A stretch of DNA of 64,000 nucleotides from positions 153,760,001 through 153,824,000 of the forward strand of contig NC_042997.1 of the NCBI RefSeq assembly GCF_006345805.1, given 5' to 3'. A program made the position numbers and the translations under genes. The number at the start of each line of letters is the position of its first letter. Positions within the stretch are counted from its first letter, which is position 1. The DNA comes from Octopus sinensis. Lineage: Eukaryota. Below the pieces are notes generated by a model that saw nothing but the letters and a program-made list of their open reading frames with translations, did no database searches and was not told the DNA's origin. Below, piece after piece: positions 23,269 to 36,258 of the stretch.

Positions 23269-25609
23269 ATACATACCTACATATATATTATCATCATTGT
23301 CATTGTTTATTTCATGCTGGTATGGGTTGGATGAGTCGTATTGCTTAGTATTCTCCAGGAAATGCCTTTCTGTGATGATGTATATATGTATACGTGTGTG
23401 TATGTAGAAATATATATATATATAGATGGATAGATACACACACACATCTACCTGTGAGTTTGTATATACTCAATGATATATAAGACAAATATATGATTCT
23501 TTAAAATCATGAATAACGAAGTTTTTAATAAATTTTAGATTTTATTTTATTTTCTTTGGGGAAGGTGTTGGGGGTGAGAGGCAAGAAATAAATAATTGAA
23601 GATCGGTTTCCTGTTTGAAAGAAATTGTAATTAAGATTAGATATAATTATCTATGAAATAACAACCTTATTAAAAACAACAAATTTCAGAGAGTTAAATC
23701 TATTGCACTTAGTTGTTAAGGACTGGACATATAAATGGTACAGTCCATTTCTAAATACCCATATCCTATATCATTTCATCAACTAGTTTTATCTAATTGA
23801 TATTTTAAGTAACTGTTTTGTTCTAGGTTATCTTTCACTTAGTACTTCTCATACCAAGTTTCCACTGATTCAATATCTTTACTCTTTTTAACTTTGAATG
23901 TTACTGTTGCTGCGAGCTTCTTTTGTTTTGGCATCCATTGAGATATCCATTCTTTGTTCACTAGGTCACCCAAGACAATAAAGTGGTTTTGAAGTTTTTG
24001 AGGGAGCCTATAAATGATTTCTTGAACCAATACAAAAATCATAGCCGAATCTCTCAAATCATATCGCTATGTTGTCATTGTTATCATCATTTAACGTCTT
24101 TTTTCTATGCTGGAATGGGTTGGACAGTTTGACTGGAGCTGGTAAGGCCAGGTGCCACAGCAGGCTCTGTTGTCAGTTCTGGCATGGTTTCTATGGCTGG
24201 ATGCCCTTCCTAATGCCAATGAGGACCTAGTTTTTTTATCTTTCTTTTTATGGTTTAGTCAGAAGAAGGCAATATCCGTGATTTTTTGTAGGACCACTAA
24301 GACCTTTTTTTGAATACCAGCAATGAAATGGACACTGGTAAAGACACCTAAAAACCAGGCAAACAAATTACCTAACACCCCACAACAGAGGCATTTCATT
24401 AAATGTGATACCATACACTTTCTTTCTACTCTGTTTCACATCCAGAGTTTTGGCAGAAGACACATGCTCAAGCTTTGAGATCCAACAACTCTCAAAGCTG
24501 AGATAGTTTCCAATAGTCCAGTCATTGCATTTGTGGATTGTGCAAACACTTTTTACTTGATGTTTGATATAGTGGAGTATCATAGATGTAGCTTGTCACC
24601 AGGTCTTTCTCTCATGACACTGGCTGAAACCATATCAAAAATTAGAGTGAACAAATGAGATGTGGACTCCACAAGCCACATTGCAGGCTGCCCATCTAAG
24701 AGAACAATAACTCTGATTAAGAGTTGATACAGGCTAGATGGGTGAGGTGGGCAGGGTCTTCAGCTCTGCCACAGACAGCCTCTCTAGTACTAGTAACATG
24801 TAACAGCCCACACTGTAAAACATACACACAAAAAGTTGATCAATTTCTATCGATGTGTGAGCTAGATGACAGAGACTGTGATGAGAGAGGAAATGCAGTG
24901 AATTCTGTCTCTGTCTAAATCAAAACAGCATGAAAAAAGATATAAAATGATGATAATAATAATTTCAGTGCATTGACCAAAACACAATGACACAGACCTT
25001 AATTATGCCAAATATGGCATTTTCAAGCTTCTGTTACACTGATGAACTCATTAAGCTTTTAGGAAAGGTTACATGAAAGTTGATACGATCAAGACTAAAA
25101 TCCTGTCAACTAAATTTCAAACAACTGAAACATGTCCTTTCAGTAAATGATATCCAATAGCTTGATGTAGATGAATTTGTTTACCAGGTGTAGGGGGATG
25201 TTCTCCCTACTTTCTGAAGTGGTCCAAAAAGGAAATCAAACTAGTTGCTTACGGTCCTTAAAGGATTATCAAGCTGCACAGAGAGATCTGTATATTCCAG
25301 GTACAAGCACAATTCTTTTCCATGGTTGTGAAATGCGGTCCTAAGGGGATTCTCTAATTGTAGGATTTCCACTCTGATCAAGTACAAGTGTATTATCAGC
25401 AAGCATGTGGCTCTGTGAGTCTATTTCAGTTGCTTTGGCTTTAAATGTAATCTGTTGGATGTATTGAGTTACTGAGGCAAATACGTATGGTCTTCATTCA
25501 TGGAATGTGGACTTGCCTCACCAACAGTTAACAGTTGCTTGAGACAACTTGAATAAAAGGAGCCATTTAAGCCTGCAAGGTAAATACAAATGTAAGAACA
25601 AAGTACATA

Positions 25610-25950
25610 TACTCTTACTCTTTTACTTTAGTCGAGGAAATCGACCCCCAGGACTTATTCTTCATAAGCCTAGTACTTGCTCCATCGGTCTCTTTTGCCG
25701 AACCACTAAGTTACGGGGACGTAAACACACCAGCATCAGACATCAAGCGATGTTGGGGGGGACAAACACAGACACAAACATATATACATACAAATGTACG
25801 ATGGGCTTCTTTCAGTTTCCGCCTACCAAATCCACTCACAAGGCTTTGGTCGGCCCAAGGCTATAGTAGAAGACACTTGCCCAAGGTGCCATGCAGTGGG
25901 ACTGAACCCGGAACCATGTGGTTGGTAAGCAAGCTACTTACCACACAGCG
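25610..25950 (-). mobile_element. SINE family A
   Basis: Family match, followed by a family C tail at ~25957-26130. Confidence 0.85.
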
Positions 25951-28418
25951 CGTATCTATCATCATCATTTAATGTCCATTTTCCATGCTAGCATGGGCTG
26001 GATGGTTTGAAGGGAGCTAGCCAGCTGAAGAATTACCTGGGCTCCAAGTCTGTTTTAGTATTGATTTCTACAGCTGGATGCTCTTCCTAATGCCAATCAC
26101 TTTATAGAGTGTATTGGGTATGTTTTCACAGCACTGGCCCAAGCTTATTATGTAAGTCAGAGGGAATTCATGAAGCAGATTTTCTATGGCTTGATGCCTT
26201 TTCTGTTGGCAGCCCTCACTTGTTTTCGAGTAAAGTATTCTCTCCTCATGGCCAAACATATTTCCATGGAAAACTGGAAATGAACAGCATCATTTGGTGC
26301 ATGCAGCAAATATTTCAGAGAAAGTTTAAGCTTCACATTCATCTTCCATCCTCCCTCCATAACAGATCAAAACCAATTATCACACATTCATTGTTTCATT
26401 TCACACTTGGGTGGTAGATTTTAAACCACTGTCTAGTTTAGCATAACCACCCTGACCTTTGAATGTTGACAAGTATTCAGGCCAATTCTTTGGCTTAACA
26501 ATAAAATCCTACCATCAGTCTTGGAGGCTCTACAAATGGTCATGAGCACTACCCTTACACTTCTGATGAAGTCAAAACAAAAAAGAAAATGTTCCTATAT
26601 TTCTTTCATTCATTCAACAACTCAAATGTGTCAGGCCTGGTATTAATTAGGTCATGTAATTACATAAAACTTGACAGCAATTTCAAGCAATCCATCTGAG
26701 CTGTCTTTATCATGCTGTACAGTTGATGGCTGGCTGCCACAATTTATTTATTGCTGTGTGGGCTCAGCATGTCAAAGAATAGACCTGATGTTTCTCTGTG
26801 TGTCATAAAAGGTAACTAACTGAAAGAGGTTGCGATATGATTTGCAGTCTGACCTCATAAAACCCTCACCCACAACAACTACCCAAAACAGAAATGGGAT
26901 GGAAGGTTGTTGCCTGAGTGGCACAAAGGTGTCATCTGCCAGGAGTAGAGAATGACCAACAAATGATGGATGCAGTGATGAGCTGTTACAGCACGTGCCC
27001 CCATACTACTACTAAAAGTACTGAGAGAACTTCAACAAGGTCACTTGACTTGCAAAAAATAACAGCCAAATCCAATTCAAATCAGGTTACCACCTTAAAA
27101 AAAAAAACATTGGATGATTTGATCTAAGACACATTGTATTTACAAAACCAAAAAGATGGAGAGAGATGGTCTTAGCTGGAATGCCCTTGTCCTTGAACAG
27201 AGCTGACTTGAGATTAAACAACAATTAAAAATTTCCAACACTTGTACATAAATTAGTTGTATATACATACTATTTGATACTGTGTGCCTACTTTTCCCTT
27301 CCAATATAAACATTTCTATGATCCTGTGGTTTAAAGATTTCTTGGTAAGTATTATGTCCATCTTCAGACAACTTGAATCAATTAAACAATTATGAAATGC
27401 AAACAAATAAATTTATAAGTGTTTTAAATTTTGATACAAGATAAACAATTTTAGGGGAGGGAGTAAGTTACATCGATTCCAAAGCTCAACTGGTACTTAT
27501 TCTATCAACTGCAAATGGATAAAAGGCAAAGTTAACCTCAGCAGCATTTGAACTCAGAACATAGAGCTGGAAGAAATGCTACAAAGCATTCTGTTTGGCA
27601 TGCTAACAATTCTGCCAGCTCGCCGCCTTAATAATGGTTTCAAATTTTGGCATAATGCCAGTAAATTTAGAGGAAAGGGCAATTTGATTACAATGACTCC
27701 AGTGCTCAACTAGTACTTATTTTACAGTCCCCGAAAAAATGAAAGGCTAAGTCAACTTTGGCAGAATTTTCACTCAGAACGTAAAGATGGACGAAATGCT
27801 GCCAAGCATTTTGCTCAGGAAGCTAATGGTTCTGCCAGCTTACTAATTATATCAATAATAACAATAATTGTTTTTAACATAGGCACTGGGTCAGAAATTT
27901 CGAGGTGTTAGTTGGCTAGACCAACCTCAGTTTATGGCTGATACTTTATTTCGTTGAACCTGGAAGAATGAAAGGTTAAGTCGACTTTCAAAGAATTTGA
28001 ACCCTCTGAGCCAGAACACAGCAAGGCTTTGTTTTTGACACATTAATGATTTTGTTAATGGTTGCCTAATAATAACAATAATAGTCCTTTCTTTTTCTTA
28101 TGACTAAAAAAAAAGATACCCATATATAACAGAAAAGCATTATGTGTGTACACATATTTGGATGTATAAACGAGAAAGAAGTACTCAACAGATGCAGGAA
28201 ATTTCATGTATTTGAAGTTGAGGTTTCATTGCATTGCTGTTCCAAGTTTCCTATTACTATAATGTTCTCAAAGTGTCTCTAATCCATGTATCTTGCTGAA
28301 CATGATAATAACAAGAAACTCAGAGTAGCAACAAAGCCTTAGCTTCAAATATATGAGTATATATACATACACACATGATATTTATGTAAGCTAACACATT
28401 TTTCAAAAATATTGACAT

Positions 28419-30359
28419 TTATTTTTCGAGTAGTTTCTTTGGTGGTATAAGTTCATATTTCATTGTTGAGCCACCACTTTCCATGATGTGATTAAACAAC
28501 TGACAAGGATTTCGTTTCCGGCTGATAACCAAATATCTTGATGCCCCAGTGCCACGACTAACACTCTTAAGGTTCAGTTTGCGAGCTTCTTTGTGCATAA
28601 TAGCCCTTTCTTGTTTAGAGAAATTTGTGGCAAAAACAAGATCATTTTGGTTCTTACTTTTGACATAATTAACAAGTACATCATGGATAGAACTGTCAAA
28701 CTGAGCAGACACACCTGACCGACAACCAAGACCTTGTCGATCAATAACTTGATCAACAGTGATAGGGTCTTCAATTCCTTTGTTGCCCTCTGCGCCAATC
28801 CCCCCACCAACCCAACCCATTTTCCTTAATAACTGATTCCCAACATTGTCAGATGGGATGGCTTGAGGTTGTTTTTTCTGTATTTCATTCATCAGTTCAT
28901 CTCTAGAAAGGCTGACATCATCACTGTCAGCTGTTTGCTTAATGTGAATTGTCCAACACCTCTCCTGCAGCCAATCCAATGCTTTTTTAGAGACAGCTGT
29001 TTTAGCTTTAAATTTGCTTTCAGCAACACATTCCATGATGGATTCTTCATTAAGAAGAATACGGCAACATGTTCCATTTACAGCAGGCCGATACACATAT
29101 TCTATAGGCATCTTGTTAAAAATTGCACTCCTCCTAAGAATGGCAGTGGCATTGACCATAGTGTTAGACATTATGAGAAACTCAATCCAATCATTGATTG
29201 GTTGTTTTTGCATTGGTTTGTTGCCAGCATTCTGACTAGCGTTTTGATTGCGTTTAGTTACACGAGATTTTGTAGAACTTTTTGCTGCTTCTGATTGGCT
29301 CAAAAGACTAACTATAGGTTGAGGGGATGAGCTACCAACTAACACATTCTGACCATTGTCCAAAGTATTAATTTTCAAACAAGACATACTAAGCACTTCA
29401 ATAGCTTTGTTGTAAGCTTCATGCTTCGCAGCTCTTTTGTTGGGACCAGTTCCACTGACTATGTGGGTGTCATTAATACAAATCTTACATATAAATAAAG
29501 TCGCTGCACTAGCAAAGCAAGGAGTAATGTCACATTTTATTGTCATTTTTGTTTTATCTGCTGCAACGTGTATAACTTGGATGGAATTGGCTGATGGTAG
29601 TGCTTTTTTTATAGACCTTAGGTTGTGTGAGAGAGAATAAAATTTCATTTCTAAATTAGTGAGGAGATTCTTAGCAGATTCAGTATCATTAGTGGTGGTT
29701 TCATTAGAAGCTTCGGCATTAACCGAAATGTTCTGTTGTCGACCTTTCGTTTTGACATTATTTGATGAAGATTTTGGCTGTTTGGTAGATGTTGTGTTTG
29801 AATTATTTCCATTTCCACTTTCTTTCTCAAATTTCACTATATTTAAATATTTGTTTGTCACCGGGGGACCCGAATCTGATTCAGGAGCTGATGCAGAATT
29901 TGCGAGGCGAGGATATTTAGTAGCTGGCTCAGGAGATAGCAGAGGCTTTAATTTTTCCGTCTCAGTTGATTGAACGAAATTACTATATTTTCTCTTTGCC
30001 TTCACGGAATCATTGTTGTTATTCGTTAGGTCGTTAGCTTTCACAAAATTACTGTAACAGGTACTGGCCTCAGCTGATTTGGTAGTGGGTAGAGCATTAT
30101 CGTCAGATTTTACGAAGCCAATGAAAGTCGATTCTTTAACAACATCAATGTGACGAGGAAGACCTTCAGATAAATGTTTGACAAGTTTCATGACACCAGC
30201 CGGATACGTAACACCGTAACTCACGTGGTTGATGTAGCACATAGACAGACATATTAGTCGATCGACAGGGTATTTGTTTTTATTATTTTCAATAAATTTC
30301 CGCCGTAATCTCCATTCCTTGTCGCTTTCTACTTCATTACGAAAAGATTCGATATTCAT
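28419..30359 (-). CDS. NKRF: NF-kappa-B-repressing factor-like / CARF family nucleolar protein (XTBD, two dsRBD-like domains, G-patch, R3H), 646 aa, uninterrupted CDS
   Basis: N-terminal XTBD (ESDKEWRLRRKFI...DRLICLSMCYINHVSYGVTY). dsRBD-like motifs GTGPNKRAAKHEA and AESKFKAKTAVS. G-patch NVGNQLLRKMGWVGGGIG...GIEDPI...RQGLG. R3H ERAIMHKEARKLNLKSVSRG. C-terminal YELIPP. Domain order matches NKRF. Confidence 0.92.
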   Translation of the reverse strand: MNIESFRNEVESDKEWRLRRKFIENNKNKYPVDRLICLSMCYINHVSYGVTYPAGVMKLVKHLSEGLPRHIDVVKESTFIGFVKSDDNALPTTKSAEASTCYSNFVKANDLTNNNNDSVKAKRKYSNFVQSTETEKLKPLLSPEPATKYPRLANSASAPESDSGPPVTNKYLNIVKFEKESGNGNNSNTTSTKQPKSSSNNVKTKGRQQNISVNAEASNETTTNDTESAKNLLTNLEMKFYSLSHNLRSIKKALPSANSIQVIHVAADKTKMTIKCDITPCFASAATLFICKICINDTHIVSGTGPNKRAAKHEAYNKAIEVLSMSCLKINTLDNGQNVLVGSSSPQPIVSLLSQSEAAKSSTKSRVTKRNQNASQNAGNKPMQKQPINDWIEFLIMSNTMVNATAILRRSAIFNKMPIEYVYRPAVNGTCCRILLNEESIMECVAESKFKAKTAVSKKALDWLQERCWTIHIKQTADSDDVSLSRDELMNEIQKKQPQAIPSDNVGNQLLRKMGWVGGGIGAEGNKGIEDPITVDQVIDRQGLGCRSGVSAQFDSSIHDVLVNYVKSKNQNDLVFATNFSKQERAIMHKEARKLNLKSVSRGTGASRYLVISRKRNPCQLFNHIMESGGSTMKYELIPPKKLLEK

Positions 30360-30395
30360 GATGAATAATTCAAAGTGAGAGAAGAGATATGAGGT

Positions 30396-30420
30396 CTTGA
30401 AAAGAAAAAAAAAAAAGACG
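30396..30420 (-). promoter_or_regulatory. Candidate 3' splice site of a 5'-UTR intron of NKRF
   Basis: Minus strand shows a long T tract followed by cttttcaag, 36 nt upstream of the ATG. Confidence 0.5.
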
Positions 30421-31289
30421 CAGTGAAGGTAGAAATCAAGAAACTATCTCCAAGATAACCTTGATTTCTAGCAGTGATGTTAATAATGTTTCAATACAAC
30501 ACTGTGTATTAATATTTTGTTTGGAATAATTGTTCACTATCCAGGACAACGTAATATCAACACACTGTATTTAAATCAAGCAAACAAAGAGTGAAAGTTA
30601 GTAAAGAGAAATGTGTATGTATCTGTATGTATGTAGAGACCACATGAACACAAATGTCTGACGGAAAAAAAAAAAAATAGATGGGAGAATGAACAGGAAA
30701 ACAACACGTCTCCGGACGCTCAGGATAAATATAATTAAGTGGAAAAGAATCTGTAGGATCGTGATTGCATCATCATGATTATAGATTTAATTACTTACTT
30801 AAAGGTAGATTAAAAGGTTGAATGATACATGCCGAGTCATACTTTGGTCGGCGAGTCGATTTGTTTGGTCTGGCTAGAAAAACATATGAAGATAGACACA
30901 TATTTAGCCACATTTTCGTAATTTCTCTCATTTTTTTTCTCTTCCCTTTCTTTGTTTTATATGTTTATCTTTACGAATGTATTCGCTGCACTACTTATTT
31001 AAACTGTTTATTAATATATGAGTTTCTTCCTATCTTGTGAGTAAGGGTTCTGGTAAAATTCACATGTACAAACAGAAGACAAACCTATTCAAATTCGCAA
31101 ACTTTCTTTATCTGGCAATCCATTTTAAAACTTTTCTCTATTTATGTATTTATCTATCTTATCACACTGAATGTACTTTAAAGTGCTGATAAATTTTGGA
31201 TTTTTAAAAATTAATTTCCTCTGTTAAAAAGTGCTTAAGCCACTTAAAAAAAAATCACTGAACAAATTCATTTTATCTGTCTCTCACTT

Positions 31290-31480
31290 TCTCTCTGTGC
31301 GTGCGTGTGTCGCCAGGGACATTAAAAAAGTAAATAAAAAGAGGGTACTACATGAGAACAGCGGTCCCGCTGTGCGCACACGTGTTGTCACGCACCCGCG
31401 TTAGCTAGTCGTGACTAGTCGATCCTACAGCGACTACCTAGCATAGTAAATAAAACACAAAATAAATGGCCCGGTACTTA
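31290..31480 (-). promoter_or_regulatory. CpG-rich non-repetitive patch, candidate NKRF promoter/first exon
   Basis: Local CpG cluster (gcggtcccgctgtgcgcacacgtg...cacccgcg) ~1 kb upstream of the CDS in otherwise AT-rich DNA. Confidence 0.35.
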
Positions 31481-31539
31481 TACCGTAAGATCGCCATATA
31501 CTATATATATCAAAAGGATCAAATGTCCTTCCCGAATGA

Positions 31540-31730
31540 CTGGCTCATAGGACCAGTTTCCCGGATTCAGTGCATGCACTGTTGCAAGATAACTAATGTT
31601 TACCCGCTGAATAGAGCAACTGAAATTAAATGTTTTGCTCAACAACACAACGCATCACCCGGTCTAGAAACTGAAATAACGATTTTACGATCTTAAGTGC
31701 GACACCCTAACCATTAACCCACGGGCTCCA
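31540..31730 (-). mobile_element. SINE with D-type tRNA head
   Basis: Reverse tRNA-like head (caccctaaccatt...ctccac) and ttttgctcaacaacacaacgc. Confidence 0.55.
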
Positions 31731-32300
31731 CACACATAGATCGTGTCTATTTATGTATCTGTCTGTCTGTGGTTGTGTGCGCGGTTCAATACTTTTTTTG
31801 TTTGTTTGTTTTTAAGCAGTATATAATTTTCAATAGAATAAATGGATCTTTTCCTTTTGAACAGCAGTTTTCAACACAATTTCTAGTTAACTAAACACTT
31901 TTAAACTTCGTATACTGGTAGAATGTGTTTATAAAACATCATTTTTTTCTTGGCTTTATTGAGAAAATTCTATAGTTTGTAAGATATTTCCACTTTAAAA
32001 TCGAGCATTTCGGCAAATTTAACAAATCGCTGGAGTCCATTTGGGGTGAAAACATTCCGACGGGCTTCGTTCAGTTTCTAGTTACAAGGTCGGCCTGAGG
32101 CTATAGTAGAAGATACTTGCTCAAAGTTCCACACAGTAGGACTGAACCCAGAACCATGTGGTTGTGAAGCAGGCTTCTTACCACACAGCCATTCCTGTGA
32201 TATATATATATAGATATATATATATATAGATATATATATATATATATATATAATATATATATATATAATATATATATATATATTATATATATATATATAT

Positions 32301-32334
<34 letters not shown>

Positions 32335-34065
32335 ATATTATAATTTTTTTATCTGTTTCAGTCATTAGACTACGCCCATGCTGGAGCACCGTCTTGAAGA
32401 ACTTTTAGCCGAATGAATCGACTCCAGTACTTTTTTTTTCTTCTTTAAGCCTAGTATTTATATTGTGCACCTTTTGACGAACTGCACGTTTACAAGGACG
32501 TAAACCAACACCGGTTGTCAAGCGCGCGCATACACACACACACACACACACACACACAAGTTAGACCCATCTAGGCCAGTATGATGTTTGTTCACCTAAG
32601 CGAGAGATTTAAATCAAAGAGTAGTATGACGCCAGTGAATTAACCAGGAAGAGAAAAACAAATATGCATAATAATAATAATAATAATAGTAACAAAGGAA
32701 AAACAAAGAAAGATCTCGTTTAGCAGATGTTTCGATGACTGGCCACCTCGCCAATCATTGAACTAAAGGTCACTTAAATATCTGTATTGGTAACGTGATC
32801 CTGTACAGCCTGTTATATCGGAGTGTAGTTGCCGTCTAAACCAACATCTGTGCTAGGTGAGAATGCCAGCTAGAAATTCAGTATGACGAAAACTACAGCT
32901 TGTTAGAAGGTCATGTGAGCACATGACTTGCACGTGGTCAAAGGCTATCTAGAAGCACTCAAGTTGATGGAATGAGGAAAAAAAAAACCATTGGCAGAGT
33001 CAAACCGTTGAGTTCTAATTGGAATGTCCGGTAGGAGATGGAAAATTCCAAATTCAGTCTTCACTTCGTTTGTGGGAAAGACTGTGTCACATCTTTTGTT
33101 GTTGTTGTTGTTAAGCAACAAGACGGGTAAGGGTGATTAGGTGATGATCTAGGGCTTAGGGGCGGGAGACCCCAGACCTTGGAATAAAAAAAAAAAGACT
33201 TTGGTCGTTTTGTTGTAGTCGAGGGCTCTTCGTTGACGCTCGACACCACTGGAAGGTGGCCCTCGAAGTCGCTGGAAATGGAGATCTCCAGGTCCAAATT
33301 CTTGAACGGCTGTGTCACATCTTGCTACTGACATGCTTATTAAACAAAGTGTCAAATAATCTCTCTGACTTGTGAGAGTTAAGGACTGGAGAAGGGTAAA
33401 AAAAAAAACTCTAACAGAAGTGTCGAGCTTGACAAAAAAAAAAAAAAGAAAAAAAAATCTCAAACGGTTCCTTGTCGAAATTTGCTAAATTTCCGATTCT
33501 CTCTCATCTCCGACATTCCTGACTAATGTCTAGCTACCAGATCCTTCTTGACTTCAGAACCCAAATGAAGCAGGCATCTGCAGTGGACGAGCTATCACGC
33601 ACATTTGCAACAATGAAATGCTGCCACTTCTGAAGTTTTCGCAATCGGAAGTTGCGCATAGAAGAGAGTAATAGCAATTCTCCAGTCCCCCATACAGCTT
33701 AAGTTTTGTGTAGACAAAGTTATAGTCTTCGCCAATCCCCGTTGGACGAATACAATAAATAGTAGTTGTTGTTTTTATGAATGAATGATATTTAAATCAA
33801 TATAAGACGGTCAAAAATGAACCAAGAGGTCACGCTATATATCAGCGAGAAATAATAATTGTCTTTGATCTTCAGAGAAAACGTAAGTTGGGGCGCTAAA
33901 ATACATGGCAGGAAGTATATAGTAGAGAGACGCTGACGAACTTAGCAATTCACTTGTGTAAGCGAGAAACTTAATGAGTGAGAGTGCACAACGACACAAA
34001 GATGTTAGGTACTATGACTATGCCGATTCATTTGATTTAAACAAATGAGAAGGAAAGAATGGAGC

Positions 34066-34273
34066 TTTTACTTGTTTCAGTAATTTGACTGCGGCCATGC
34101 TGGAGCACCGCCTTTAATCGAGCAACTCGAACCCGGAACTTATTCTTTTGTAAACCCAGTACTTATTCTATCGGTCTCTTTTGCCGAACCGCTAAGTAAC
34201 GGGGACATAAACACACCAGCATCGGTTGTCAAGCAATGCTAGGGGGACAAACACAGACACACAAACACATACA

Positions 34274-34337
<64 letters not shown>

Positions 34338-34489
34338 TACGACGGGCTTCTTTCAGTTTCCGTCTACCAAATCCACACGCAAGGCTTTGGTCGCCCGAGG
34401 TTATAGTAGAAGACACTTGCCCAAGGTGCCACGCAGTGGGACTGAACCCGGAGCCATGTGGTTGGTAACAAGCTACTTACCACACAGCC

Positions 34490-34492
<3 letters not shown>
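34066..34492 (-). mobile_element. SINE family A, young full-length copy
   Basis: Close family match, CpGs intact, long internal (TA)n. Confidence 0.88.
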
Positions 34493-34547
<55 letters not shown>

Positions 34548-35764
34548 TATGTATGTATATATGCGTACATGAATGTATGCATGTATATATATATATCCGT
34601 TTTAGCCGATTGACTAAGTTAACCGATGTTAGAGATTAATATATACGTATACGATAATGAAAATTTATGCACAGTTGGTTGCTTATGATAAATCCTTGCA
34701 AAATTAAAGAAACTACTAAGAACATCCTATAATTATATAAAGCATACTGATATATACATTTTATGAAATTTTTAACACTATAATATGTACAAATTTAAGT
34801 TAACACCATAATTGATAATTTCATTTACCTTTAGTAGATAGCAGATGCGGTGCAAGTGGTAACTGAAGTAATTGTGAATTAGCAGAACCATGATGTTCTT
34901 CTGATCCTTGCATCTCATTTGTAGAAGTCTGAAGTGACGGAGAAGCTATTAGTAAACAGTAGGTTAGTCATTAATACCATCAGAAGGCTAAACAGCTGCA
35001 GCGAGGTTGGAGCAAAATGGCAAGAAGATTGAGCTGAGTTTCAGTTTTTACATTGCTGATGTTGCATCCAAATAATGAGTTCCTTTAGGACTCTGAGATG
35101 CTGATATTGCTGAGCATCAGTTTCTATTGACAAGTACTATATGACGTTGTCAAGGAATTTTCTCTCGTACATCTGAGAATTTGATTTTTGGGGAAATAAG
35201 AAATAACTGGAAATTTTACCGGTGAGTGTGTTAAATAATAAGGCACAAAAAGAAAATGACTCTTCCCAGACACAACAGAATATGCTTCAACACACGAACT
35301 CATATAAAGAATCTTGCAAACCAAACCCCAAAACGAATTACAATATATCTATTTTAAATCGTTCATCTTTCTCCCCACTCTCTCTCTCCCACACATTACT
35401 TTGGGTGCGAAAGAGTTTTGTTTTTATTTTACGCCGAGTAAAAAAGTGTTTTGTTGACAATCCATTTATTTAACAACAAAGAAACAAAGAGGTGAGTAAC
35501 AATTTGTCAGTGAATTACAGAATATAAACGGGTACAATTTGCGAGGCTTCCACCACACCCCACTCCGTTTCACGGTCCACAAAAAGTGTTTTGAGGCCAG
35601 AGTAGTTGATTCCACGCAAAAAAAAAAAAAAAAAAAACGATTTTTTTTCTTAGTGAAAATCGTGCGAGTGTTAATCTACAAATTTAACATTTTTTCCATT
35701 CATTTCTGTTTATGAACATGTATGCGTGCACAAAACATGCTATAGATGTACGTACGTACGTACG

Positions 35765-35977
35765 TGTGTGTATGTGTGTTCGTGTCTGTTGCCCATATAT
35801 ATTTATATTATATTATATATATATAATAATATATATATATATATATATAATACAACTATTTTCAACGGATTTCGCCCAAATTTGACGTCTATATTACTTA
35901 GTTTGGTTTGAAATAAAGAATTTGATTAGCTTAATAATCGTAACTTAATCCCGGGCAAAGCCTGGTTATACTGCTAG
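35765..35977 (+). mobile_element. Non-autonomous Helitron-like remnant
   Basis: 3' hairpin cccgggcaaagcctgg followed by CTAG|T at 35974-35978. Upstream caacggatttcgcccaaattt motif. Confidence 0.5.
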
Positions 35978-36258
35978 TAATAAATGAAAGACTAAATGTA
36001 GATAGAAAGAAGCAGGGAGTGGAGAAGTGAATGGCGGAGAGTGCAGAGCACTATAGAGAAAGAGCATATTACTTAGATAGGAGTGTAAAAGCTATAATAG
36101 GATGTGCACAGATGAAACGCCGTACATCTTTGGGGATTACTTTTGTCACTCTCCCATGGTTACGGCATTCACCCAATTACATGACGCAGTAGAGTTTATT
36201 GTGGCGTACGTGATGCTATCTTAGAAGAATTGCCATATTTCATAAAAAGAAAGATGAC

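Noticed and set aside
26560-26590. CTGATGA-agtcaaaac-aaaa as a hammerhead
   Set aside because: No GAAA and no convincing helices.
32700-33600. Host gene exons in GC-richer blocks (also 24250-24900 and 25150-25550)
   Set aside because: Frames are broken. Faint L1/Tx1- and RTE-like motifs suggest old LINE debris, too degraded to call.
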